DNA of 64,000 nt. Origin: Acidobacteria bacterium SCN 69-37. Lineage in GTDB: Bacteria > Acidobacteriota > Vicinamibacteria > Vicinamibacterales > SCN-69-37. Of the stretch, positions 55,211 to 63,802 are shown one piece after another (within the stretch, counting starts at the first letter, position 1; each line of letters begins with the position of its first letter). The notes under the pieces are model-generated. The model was not told the origin of the DNA. It ran no database searches and saw nothing but the letters and a program-made list of their open reading frames with translations. The stretch is from NCBI GenBank assembly GCA_001724025.1, contig MEDJ01000019.1, positions 286,359-350,358 of the forward strand. The letters run 5' to 3'. The position numbers and the translations under genes were made by a program.

Positions 55211-56140
55211 ATGTCGTCCGATCGATCGATGTCGTCCCTGGTCAGCGCCGTTCACACCCCATTCCGAGCCGACGGCTCGCTCGCGCCGGAGGTCGTCGCC
55301 ACGCAGGCCGCGTTCCTCGCGGCCAACGGTATCCGCACGGTCTTCGTCACGGGCACGACGGGCGAGTGCCACTCGCTCACCCACGACGAGCGACGGGCCA
55401 TGTTCGACGCCTGGGCCGAGGCCAGCCCCGCCCACGGGATGCGGGTAATGGCGCACGTCGGCGGCAACGTGCTCGAGGAGGCCCGCGCGCTCGCCCGCCA
55501 CGCGGCGGCGCGCGGACTGTCGGCGATCAGCGCACTCGCGCCGTCCTACTATCGGCCGGCCACGATGGACGCGCTCGTCGAGTGGTGCGCCGCGATCGCC
55601 GCCGAAGCCCCGGACCTGCCGTTCTACTACTACGACATCCCATCGATGACCGGCGTGACGCTCCCGATCGATCGGTTCCTGCGCGAGGCCGGGGCGCGCA
55701 TCCCCACCCTTGCCGGCGTGAAGTTCACGAATCTCGATCTGGTGTCGTACCGCCGCAGTCTCGACGTCGCGGCCGGTCGCTACGATCTGCCGTGGGGCAC
55801 GGACGAGGCCCTGCTCGGGGCGCTCGCGACCGGTGCACGCGGGGCCGTCGGCTCGACCTACAACTGGGCACCGGCCCTGTACGCCGGGTTGATGGACGCG
55901 TTCGCGCGCGGCGATCTCGCGGAAGCGCAGCAACGGCAATCGACCGCCGTGGCGATGATCGATGCGCTCTCGTCCGTGGGATTCATGGGTGCCGCCAAGG
56001 CGCTGATGACACACCTCGGCGTGCCTGTCGGCCCGGCACGTGCGCCTCTCGGCAACCCCTCGCCATCCGCCATCGATGCCCTGCTGCAGCGCCTCGACGC
56101 GCTCGGCTTCGAGTCCTGGGGCGCGCGCCCCGTGTCCTGA
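55211..56140 (+). CDS. DapA-family aldolase, N-acetylneuraminate lyase-like
   Basis: GTTGE motif, YYYDIP, and the Schiff-base lysine context GVKFT. Confidence 0.85.
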   Translation: MSSDRSMSSLVSAVHTPFRADGSLAPEVVATQAAFLAANGIRTVFVTGTTGECHSLTHDERRAMFDAWAEASPAHGMRVMAHVGGNVLEEARALARHAAARGLSAISALAPSYYRPATMDALVEWCAAIAAEAPDLPFYYYDIPSMTGVTLPIDRFLREAGARIPTLAGVKFTNLDLVSYRRSLDVAAGRYDLPWGTDEALLGALATGARGAVGSTYNWAPALYAGLMDAFARGDLAEAQQRQSTAVAMIDALSSVGFMGAAKALMTHLGVPVGPARAPLGNPSPSAIDALLQRLDALGFESWGARPVS

Positions 56141-56180
56141 CCCTGTACCCCGCACGCACGCGATTTCACGGAGACCTCTG

Positions 56181-57245
56181 ATGCGCTGGTCCTGCCGCCC
56201 CCTGGTTCTTGCCGCGTGCCTCCTGATTGGTCTCTCGCTCGGCCCCATCTCGGCCCAGGGCGTCGTCGATCGCGAGTTCATCTACGAGACGGCGCCGTTT
56301 CCCTCGGCGCACGCATCGACGATTGTCGAGACCCGCGACGGCAGCCTGCTCGCCGCCTGGTTCGGCGGCACGGCCGAACGCAACCCGGACGTCGGGATCT
56401 GGCTGTCGCGACGCGAGGCCGACGGGTGGACGGCGCCCGTCGAGGTCGTCAACGGTGTGCAGTCGCCATCGCTCCGCTATCCCACGTGGAATCCCGTGCT
56501 GTTCCAGCCGGCATCAGGTCCGCTGCTGCTCTTCTACAAAGTAGGCCCGACGCCGTCGTCGTGGTGGGGCATGGTGACGACGTCGGTGGATGACGGGCAG
56601 ACGTGGTCGACGCCCGTGCGCCTGCCCGACGGCATCGTCGGACCGGTGAAGAACAAGCCGGTTCAACTGGCGAATGGCGATATCCTGGCGGGCTCCAGCA
56701 CAGAGGACGACGGCTGGCGTGTGCACATGGAACGCTCCACCGACGACGGTCGCACGTGGACGGCCACGCCACCGCTCAACGATGGCCGGGAAATCCCGGC
56801 GATCCAGCCGAGCCTGCTCCTGCACCCCGATGGACGGATCCAGGCGATTGGCCGGACGCGCGCGGGCCGGCTGTTCGACACGTGGTCATCCGATCAGGGC
56901 CGGACGTGGACGCCGCTAAGCCTGACGATGCTGCCGAACTCGAGTACGGGGACCGATGCGGTCACGCTTCGCGACGGCCGGCACCTGCTCGTCTACAACC
57001 ACACGGCGAAAGGGCGCGGCGTGCTGAATGTGGCAGTCTCGACCGATGGGCGTGCGTGGAACGCCGCCCTGGTGCTCGAGGACACCGACGGCGCCGAGTT
57101 CTCGTATCCTGCCGTCATCCAGACGCGCGACGGCCGCGTCCACATCACGTATACCTGGAAGCGCGAGCGTATCAGGCACGTGGTCCTCGATCCGGCATTA
57201 CTGGTGGTGACGCCGATCGTCGACGGGGAGTGGCCGGCATCGTAG
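56181..57245 (+). CDS. BNR/Asp-box repeat exo-alpha-sialidase-like glycosidase, secreted
   Basis: Signal peptide. Four Asp-boxes: SVDDGQTWS, STDDGRTWT, SSDQGRTWT and STDGRAWN. Confidence 0.85.
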   Translation: MRWSCRPLVLAACLLIGLSLGPISAQGVVDREFIYETAPFPSAHASTIVETRDGSLLAAWFGGTAERNPDVGIWLSRREADGWTAPVEVVNGVQSPSLRYPTWNPVLFQPASGPLLLFYKVGPTPSSWWGMVTTSVDDGQTWSTPVRLPDGIVGPVKNKPVQLANGDILAGSSTEDDGWRVHMERSTDDGRTWTATPPLNDGREIPAIQPSLLLHPDGRIQAIGRTRAGRLFDTWSSDQGRTWTPLSLTMLPNSSTGTDAVTLRDGRHLLVYNHTAKGRGVLNVAVSTDGRAWNAALVLEDTDGAEFSYPAVIQTRDGRVHITYTWKRERIRHVVLDPALLVVTPIVDGEWPAS

Positions 57246-57267
57246 CGCCGACCACTCCCCTGCCCGT

Positions 57268-57771
57268 TCAGCGACAGACGATGTCGCCCTCGTCGATGGA
57301 GCGCCCGACGACGGCGCCCAGGCCTGCGCCGAGGATGGTCGCGATTGTCTTCGATCCGTTACGCGCAATCACGTTGCCCAGCACGCCGCCCGTGATCCCG
57401 CCCACGATCAACCCCGTCGTGCCGTCGTCCCTCCGGCAGTAGTAGCGGTTGTCGGAGCCGCGGTAGATCCTGTCGTTCCGTCCGAGCCGGCGCGGCTGAT
57501 ACCGGCGATCGTCGCGCCTGTAGTACCGCGCGGCATCCCAGTTGTCGTACCGATCGTCGTAGCGGCTGTCGTACCGCGCATCGTAGCGACTGTCGTAGTC
57601 CCAGCGTCGATCGCGGCGATCGTCGCGGCGGTCGTGACGATCGTCACGCCTGTCGTATCGAGCCTCGTTGCGGTCCGGGTATCCGTACCCCTGCGCCGCC
57701 ACCGCGGCGGGCTGCAGGACGATGAACGATGCCATGAGCGCAGCGGCGCTGGCAGTGGTGATGATCTTCAC
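57268..57771 (-). CDS. Glycine-zipper 2TM (17-kDa-antigen-like) protein with Arg/Asp/Tyr-rich low-complexity region
   Basis: GTG start after GGAAGGAG, then a signal peptide. About 80 aa made almost only of R, D and Y (YDRRDDRHDRRDDRRDRRWDYDSRYDARYDSRYDDRYD...), then GLIVGGITGGVLGNVIA...ILGAGLGAVVG. Confidence 0.75.
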   Translation of the reverse strand: MKIITTASAAALMASFIVLQPAAVAAQGYGYPDRNEARYDRRDDRHDRRDDRRDRRWDYDSRYDARYDSRYDDRYDNWDAARYYRRDDRRYQPRRLGRNDRIYRGSDNRYYCRRDDGTTGLIVGGITGGVLGNVIARNGSKTIATILGAGLGAVVGRSIDEGDIVCR

Positions 57772-57959
57772 AGGACGCTCCTTCCATGGTCGCGAGTGAC
57801 CTGGCACGACCATGAGCAAGCTGCGTGCCGGATCCGGCTGCGCGGGATCACGCCCGAAGATCGCGGGCAATTCGATGAATCGGTCGGGCGGCGAGACCGC
57901 GGGAAGACACGGTGTACTCGCGCGGTGACTGTGCGAGTCCGTCCCGCGGTGTTCAGTAT

Positions 57960-58865
57960 TCAGTGACCGATGGCGTAGCCGCGGCGCGCCCTGACCTCGA
58001 GCCCCGGCTGGTTGACGCGGACCTCGAGCGCGTGGTCGCCCGCGCGTTCCACGCCCGTGGGGGCGTAAGTGAGCACGTACGTCGATCGGAACTGCTCGAG
58101 CGCACTGCGGAGACTGTTGCCCAGGCTTTCGGTCGGCAGGAGCGAAACCACGCGGCCGCCCGTCTGCGCTGCGAGATCCGCATACACGCGATCCGACGGC
58201 AGGCGCGCCGGCGTGGCCAGCACGACGAACACCGTCGGCGTCGTCGCGCGCGCCACGGCCAGCAGCGTGTCCGGCGTGCCGATGCTGCTGCCGTCGCGGC
58301 CGTCGCTGAAGAGGATGACGAGGTGGCGCCTGTCGGGCTGGCTGCCCGAGGCGAGCGCCAGGGCCAGCGCGTCGAACACCGCGCTGCCGCCGCCGGGGCG
58401 CAGATCGCTGAACGCCGCGGCGATCGCCGTCGACGGATCGCCGAAGTCCACGACGCGCTGGATCGCGGTGTTGAAGGTGATCACCCGCAGGCGATCCTGC
58501 TGCCGCAGGCTGCGACGCACATCATCGACCGCGCGCCGCAGCTGGGCGATGACCGGGCCGGTGACGCTGCCACTGACGTCGAGGACGACGGAGAGATCGA
58601 TGGGCAGCGTCTCGTAGCTGAGAGCGACGATGGGCTGCGCGATGCCGTTGTCGAGCAGGGTGAAGTCACCGACGTCGAGGCCGCGCACAGGCCGGCCGTT
58701 GCGACGCACCGACACGCCGACGGTCACGAGGTCGACGCTCGTCCGAAACGTGGGGCCCTGCGGCGCACCGACGCCGGCGATGACGTCGACCATCGCGGTC
58801 GCGCACGCCATGCAGGCCGCCAGCCACGTCGTGCGAAGCCTGCGCCCCGGCGATCGGCTCCTCAT
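57960..58865 (-). CDS. VWA domain protein (acidobacterial VWFA-related type)
   Basis: Only the last 301 codons of the 826-aa ORF look real: FRTSVDLVTVGVSV...FTLLDNGIAQPI, then VVLDVSGS, GGGSAVFDA and ILFSDGRD. ATGA overlap with the upstream gene. Confidence 0.8.
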   Translation of the reverse strand: MRSRSPGRRLRTTWLAACMACATAMVDVIAGVGAPQGPTFRTSVDLVTVGVSVRRNGRPVRGLDVGDFTLLDNGIAQPIVALSYETLPIDLSVVLDVSGSVTGPVIAQLRRAVDDVRRSLRQQDRLRVITFNTAIQRVVDFGDPSTAIAAAFSDLRPGGGSAVFDALALALASGSQPDRRHLVILFSDGRDGSSIGTPDTLLAVARATTPTVFVVLATPARLPSDRVYADLAAQTGGRVVSLLPTESLGNSLRSALEQFRSTYVLTYAPTGVERAGDHALEVRVNQPGLEVRARRGYAIGH

Positions 58866-61138
58866 CGCGCCACCTGCCCGAGCCTCGACCGGATGTCGTC
58901 GTACGCCCGATAGTCGCCGAGGAAGTAGACCCACCACGGATCCGGAGTGGGCGGTGCCGACAGCACGTTCCCGGCGATCGTCGTGGCCTCGTCGAGCCTG
59001 CCGCGGCCGATCAGGGCGGAGACGAGCGCCACGCGCGCGGATTGCGCGCCTGGCCAGGCGTCGAGTGCCGCGCGACACGCCGCCGCCGACTCGTCGAAGC
59101 GCCCGAGCGCGTACAGCAGCTGTCCGCGAACCAGGGACGCGTAGTAGCGCAGGACATGGTCGTCTGGCTGCGCGCCTGCTGCATCGAGCGACGTGAGGCC
59201 GTCCTCGTACCGTCCCGCCCGGAAGAGGAGCTGTGCCGCACGGATCCTGGCCTCGAATCGCGCGGCGGGCAACTCGGCCGCGGCTTCGTACGCCTCGAGT
59301 ACCTGTTGCTCGAGATCCGACAGGGCATCGGTCGCCGCCGACGACGACGTGCCCTGTCGCTGGAAGAGCATGAGCTGCTGGTCGCGGGCGACGGCCCTGG
59401 CCAGGCGCAGGCTCGCATCGGTCGGACAGCGCTCCGCGGCCCGCTCGGCCACGAGGGTGCCGAGTTCGGGTGCAAACAGACCGGCAGTCCCCGCGCTGGC
59501 CGTCCACAGCCACGTGCACTCGAACGCATCGTCTGACGACTCCCCGCGCACGCGGACGAGGTATTCGCCGAGCACGCGCAGCGCCTCCTCCTTCACGTAG
59601 ACCGAATCGATCCGGACACCGACCATGGCCAGGTCGAGCGCGAACGCCGCGGTCCGGCGCGGCGATGCGGGCCACGGACTCTCGTGCTCGCGAAACGCGC
59701 GCAGCAATCGGCTGGCCTCCGACGGCGCGAACGCCTGGACGATGGCCGCCCTGTCGTCGCGATCGAAGGCCTCGGCCAATCGACGGATCTCGGGTGTGGC
59801 CGGCGGGAGGACGGGCGGCGCCTCCTCCGGACGAGGCGCGGAAGCTGCGACCGGCGCGGGCGTTGCCGACCGCGGTCCGCCAAGCCACGAACGGCCACGC
59901 ACGCTGACGCGTCGATCGCGCACGCGGACGCGCAGTTCGCGCAGCCGCCCGTCGCGATCGTCGTCCGTCGACTCGACGCCGAGCAGGTAGTACGCCGACG
60001 TTTCCCGCAGCACCCGGTCGAACGCCGGACGCCCGTCGCCGGACGATATGCGCAACACCGTGCCGCCGGCGGCATCCGTCAACTGGTCGAGGACACGACC
60101 GGTCAGTTCGCGCTCGCGCACCGGGTCCGGCGCGACGGGCGGCCGCCCGAGCTCGGCAGCCATCTGCCGCTGCCACGATTGATCGACGAACAGGGCATAG
60201 ACGGTCACGTTCGATTGCGCCGCGACGCGCCCGAGCTCGCGAAACAGTGCAGCGCCCTCGGGACGGGCCCCGACGATGTCGGCCGTGACGACGCCGCCGC
60301 TGATGATCACGACGGTCTTGCGATCGGCCACGTCGCCGAGGGCGGCCATGAGCGCACGAAGTGTCGCGCTGCCGGCCGACGCCACGCCCTCGTAGAACAG
60401 CACCTCGCTGGTGGCCTGCGCGCGCACGCGATCGGGACACTGTTGATCGCTCGCCGTCGCGCAGAACGTCAGAATCACGTTCATGGCCAGCGCCGACTCG
60501 GGACGACGCGAGATCTCGACGACGTTCGACGGGCTCATCGCGAATTCGCCCGGTGGCGGGAGTTCGCGCACAGCCTGGATCGTCTGCAGTACGCGCACGA
60601 CCGCGTCGCGATCCGTTGTCGGATCGAGCGTCGGCCCCGTCGGATACGTGAACACGCCGACCTCGTCCTGCGATCGCAACTGCGCGAGGAAGTCGGACAC
60701 GGCGGCCAGGATCGGACGCGCGGTGAACTCGTCGAGGCGCGATCGGTCGACGGCCAGGACATAAACCCGTCGAGGCGCGAGCGACTCGCTTCCGCTCGTC
60801 GTACCGGCCTCTCCCGCCGTCGTCACCGACGAAGAGACGGCGACGGGCGAGTCCGCGGCCGGCGCCGGCACGGCGGACGACCGCGTGTCGACGAAGTCCG
60901 CCGACAGAACGCGACGACGCCGGCCATCGACCGTGACCTCGAATGCGTCCGGCGCGAGGCCGGCAACCGGCTGTCCGTCACTGTCGATCACCTGGACATC
61001 GACGGAAATCACGTCCACGCCCGCGCGGAACGACGAGCCCGTGGGGCGCGGATCCTGCGCGGCCGCCCGCGACACGCCCATCGCGAAGGCAAGTGCGACG
61101 ACAGCCAGGAGACCGGCGGGTCGAAGAACGTCGTTCAT
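58862..61138 (-). CDS. VWA domain protein (acidobacterial VWFA-related type) with long C-terminal TPR-like region
   Basis: Signal peptide. FRAGVDVISVDVQV...FEVTVDGRRRRV, a VWA core, and about 330 aa of helical repeats at the C-terminus. Confidence 0.8.
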   Translation of the reverse strand: MNDVLRPAGLLAVVALAFAMGVSRAAAQDPRPTGSSFRAGVDVISVDVQVIDSDGQPVAGLAPDAFEVTVDGRRRRVLSADFVDTRSSAVPAPAADSPVAVSSSVTTAGEAGTTSGSESLAPRRVYVLAVDRSRLDEFTARPILAAVSDFLAQLRSQDEVGVFTYPTGPTLDPTTDRDAVVRVLQTIQAVRELPPPGEFAMSPSNVVEISRRPESALAMNVILTFCATASDQQCPDRVRAQATSEVLFYEGVASAGSATLRALMAALGDVADRKTVVIISGGVVTADIVGARPEGAALFRELGRVAAQSNVTVYALFVDQSWQRQMAAELGRPPVAPDPVRERELTGRVLDQLTDAAGGTVLRISSGDGRPAFDRVLRETSAYYLLGVESTDDDRDGRLRELRVRVRDRRVSVRGRSWLGGPRSATPAPVAASAPRPEEAPPVLPPATPEIRRLAEAFDRDDRAAIVQAFAPSEASRLLRAFREHESPWPASPRRTAAFALDLAMVGVRIDSVYVKEEALRVLGEYLVRVRGESSDDAFECTWLWTASAGTAGLFAPELGTLVAERAAERCPTDASLRLARAVARDQQLMLFQRQGTSSSAATDALSDLEQQVLEAYEAAAELPAARFEARIRAAQLLFRAGRYEDGLTSLDAAGAQPDDHVLRYYASLVRGQLLYALGRFDESAAACRAALDAWPGAQSARVALVSALIGRGRLDEATTIAGNVLSAPPTPDPWWVYFLGDYRAYDDIRSRLGQVAR

Positions 61139-61156
61139 GCCGATGAAGCCACTATT

Positions 61157-61660
61157 CTATCTGGTTCCACGCGTCACGGTCCGTTGCCGCAGGACCTCGT
61201 AGGCCGCCAGTGCCACACTCGTGGAAAGGTTGAGCGAGCGCACGTGCGTCGACAGGATCGGCATGCGGACGAACCGGTGACTGTAGCGATCGTGCAGGTC
61301 GGCGGGCAGTCCGGCGGTCTCCCGACCGAACACGAGCACGACGCGATCCGGCGCGCCGAACGGGGCTTCCCAGAACGACCTCGGGGCCTTCGTCGAAAAG
61401 AAGAACGGCTCGCCGAATTCCGGCAGGTGTGACTCGAACGCCGCCCAGTCGGGCCACACGCGCAGGTCGACGTGCGCCCAGTAATCGAGGCCCGCGCGCC
61501 TCACCTGGCGTTCGTCGAGCGAGAACCCGAGCGGCTCGATCAGGTGGAGCGCGGCCCCCACGGCCAGGCACGTGCGTCCCGCATTGCCCGTGTTCCAGTG
61601 AATCTCCGGGTGCACGAGCACCACGTGTATCGCCGGCGTCGCGTCGCGCGCAGTCGTCAT
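61157..61660 (-). CDS. trmL: tRNA (cytidine/uridine-2'-O)-methyltransferase TrmL (SpoU family)
   Basis: IHVVLVHPEIHWNTGNAGRTC, LVFGRETAGLP and SLNLSTSVALAAYEVLRQ SPOUT motifs. The longer ORF extension is Arg-rich. Confidence 0.88.
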   Translation of the reverse strand: MTTARDATPAIHVVLVHPEIHWNTGNAGRTCLAVGAALHLIEPLGFSLDERQVRRAGLDYWAHVDLRVWPDWAAFESHLPEFGEPFFFSTKAPRSFWEAPFGAPDRVVLVFGRETAGLPADLHDRYSHRFVRMPILSTHVRSLNLSTSVALAAYEVLRQRTVTRGTR

Positions 61661-62149
61661 CGGCGAGATGGTATCGCGACCATCGGCCCGCCATCGCCGA
61701 ACGTGTGGACGACCGACGTCGATGCGGTTCCTGTCGAAACGACGTATATCGGGCGGGTCCGGGATCCGTCCGAGGCTCGCCCAGGGATGCCGTGGAGCCG
61801 GCAATCGGCTATAGTGCCGCCGTGAGCGCGTCCCCACACCTGCACTCGTCGCCGGCCTGCGACGCGACCCGCGTGGCGGCCCAGGCTCCGCTCGAGCGAT
61901 CCACGCACCCGTCCGGCTTCCGCTGATACCCCCGGCGCCGCGTCGGCGCCTGCGAACGGCAACGGGCCACGCCGTTCGAGTTCCACAACCACCCCACGAC
62001 TCTGATCCGTCGTTTCGCGCGTCCGCGTCTTCGAGTCCGCCGACGCCGCGCGTCTTCGTGCGGGTCACGTCCCATGTACCGACGGACCGTCCCCGGCCAT
62101 CCGCGCGTGCCCACGACCGGATCGCGGCCGTCCATCACGGAGGAATCCT

Positions 62150-63652
62150 ATGTTCGAACAAGTCATGAATCGTACGTCGAGCCTGACGGGAGATTACCTG
62201 CCAAGCGTGCTCGGCGCGCTGCTCATTCTCGTCGCCGGCTGGATTGTCGCGCTCGTCGTCTCGTCGGTCGTCCGCGGTCTGCTGCGACGCACGACCCTCG
62301 ATAACCGGATCGCCGGCTGGATCGCCGGTGAACGGGCGGCCCGGCTCCCAATCGAGAAGTACATCGGCACGAGCGTGTTCTGGCTGGTCATGCTCTTCGT
62401 GCTCGTGGCGTTCTTCGACGCCCTGCGTCTGCCGGTGGTGACCGATCCGCTCAACGCGCTGCTCGTCCAGATCAGTGCGTTCGCGCCGAAGCTTCTGGGC
62501 GCGCTGCTGCTGGCCATTGCGGCAGCCGTGATCGCCGCCGTCCTGCGCCGCATCGTGCGGACGGCCCTGGTCGCCGCCCGTGCCGATGAGCGGCTCGGCA
62601 CGACCGGCGATCAGCCCGTGGCGACGTCATTGAGCGAGGTCGTCTACTGGGTGACGTGGCTGCTGTTCCTGCCGATGATCCTGAGCACGCTGGAACTGAC
62701 GGGCCTGCTCGAGCCGGTGCAGGCGCTGCTCAACAAGGCGCTGGCGTTCCTGCCGAACGTGCTCGCGGCGGCTCTCGTGCTGACGATCGGCTGGTTCATC
62801 GCCTACCTGATCCGGCGCATCGTCACGAACCTGCTGATGGCCGCGGGCGTCGACAGGCTCGGGGAGCGGACGGGCGTGGCGCGCGCGCTGGGTCAGACGT
62901 CCGTGTCATCCGCCATTGGCACCGTCGTGTGCGTGCTGGTCCTGATCCCTGTCGTCATCGCGGCACTCAATGCCCTGCAGATCGACGCGGTGACGGCGCC
63001 GGCCAGCAACATGCTGAACTCGCTGCTGGCGGCCGTGCCGGCGATCTTCGCGGCGTCGCTGCTGCTGGTGCTGTCGTACGTGATTGGCCGCGTGGTGGCC
63101 GATCTCGTGACGCGTGCGCTCGAGGCCGCCGGCTTCAACCGGGTGTTCGCCACGCTCGGCCTGACGCGCCCGACGACGGACGCGACGCTGCCATCCAGGC
63201 CGCCGGCCGTCATCGCCGGTCACCTGGTGTTCGTGACGATCCTGCTGTTTGCGTCGATCGAGGCCGCGGGCCTGCTCGGCTTCGTGGCCCTGCAGGCCTT
63301 CCTCGGGGCATTTCTCGTCCTGGCCGGCCGGGTGCTGCTCGGCCTCGCCATCTTCGGGATCGGGCTGTACCTGGCGGGCCTTGCCGCGCGGGTCGTCCGG
63401 TCGAGCGGCGCGGCCAACGCCCGCGTGCTCGCGACAGCCGCGCGCGTGGCGGTCATCGTGCTCACGAGCGCGATGGCACTTCGCCAGATGGGCCTGGCGA
63501 ACGAGATCATCAACCTCGCCTTCGGGCTCGTGGTCGGCGCGGTGGCGGTGGCCGCCGCCATCGCCTTCGGGCTCGGCGCCCGCGATACGGCCGGACGCCA
63601 AGTCGAGGAGTGGGTGCGCGCCTATCGCCAGCACGACCGCCCGCAGCCCTGA
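62150..63652 (+). CDS. Membrane protein with conserved-TM-helix repeats (mechanosensitive-channel-associated type)
   Basis: GGAGGA RBS. Repeated modules of paired TM helices, each followed by short amphipathic linkers (LPSVLGALLILVAGWIVA..., LPNVLAAALVLTIGWFIA...). Confidence 0.7.
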   Translation: MFEQVMNRTSSLTGDYLPSVLGALLILVAGWIVALVVSSVVRGLLRRTTLDNRIAGWIAGERAARLPIEKYIGTSVFWLVMLFVLVAFFDALRLPVVTDPLNALLVQISAFAPKLLGALLLAIAAAVIAAVLRRIVRTALVAARADERLGTTGDQPVATSLSEVVYWVTWLLFLPMILSTLELTGLLEPVQALLNKALAFLPNVLAAALVLTIGWFIAYLIRRIVTNLLMAAGVDRLGERTGVARALGQTSVSSAIGTVVCVLVLIPVVIAALNALQIDAVTAPASNMLNSLLAAVPAIFAASLLLVLSYVIGRVVADLVTRALEAAGFNRVFATLGLTRPTTDATLPSRPPAVIAGHLVFVTILLFASIEAAGLLGFVALQAFLGAFLVLAGRVLLGLAIFGIGLYLAGLAARVVRSSGAANARVLATAARVAVIVLTSAMALRQMGLANEIINLAFGLVVGAVAVAAAIAFGLGARDTAGRQVEEWVRAYRQHDRPQP

Positions 63653-63767
63653 CGGGCAACCCCGTCAGCGGCCCCGCGCCTCACGTACCGGATTCGCGTC
63701 CGGTGCGTGAGCGCCGGGGATCGACTCACACCGTGACTTCCGCAACTGTTAAATAACGCTTATTATC

Positions 63768-63802
63768 TAACCGTTACTTAGAACGATGCGGGGTAACGGT
63801 TA
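63768..63802. promoter_or_regulatory. Perfect 10-bp inverted repeat TAACCGTTAC-N15-GTAACGGTTA abutting the Fic start codon
   Basis: Read directly. It lies in an AT-rich patch that also contains AATAAcgcTTATT (63752-63764). Confidence 0.45.

Noticed and set aside
53801-56281. 826-aa minus-strand and 783-aa plus-strand ORFs spanning three genes
   Set aside because: Both are alternate-frame or antisense readings across the MFS, lyase and sialidase genes. They are Arg-rich, whereas the three shorter genes each have clear family motifs.
58866-60440. N-terminal 525 codons of the 826-aa minus-strand ORF 57960-60440
   Set aside because: This part is an Arg-rich alternate frame of the VWA/TPR gene 58862-61138. 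Only the last 301 codons, from the ATG at 58865, show VWA motifs.
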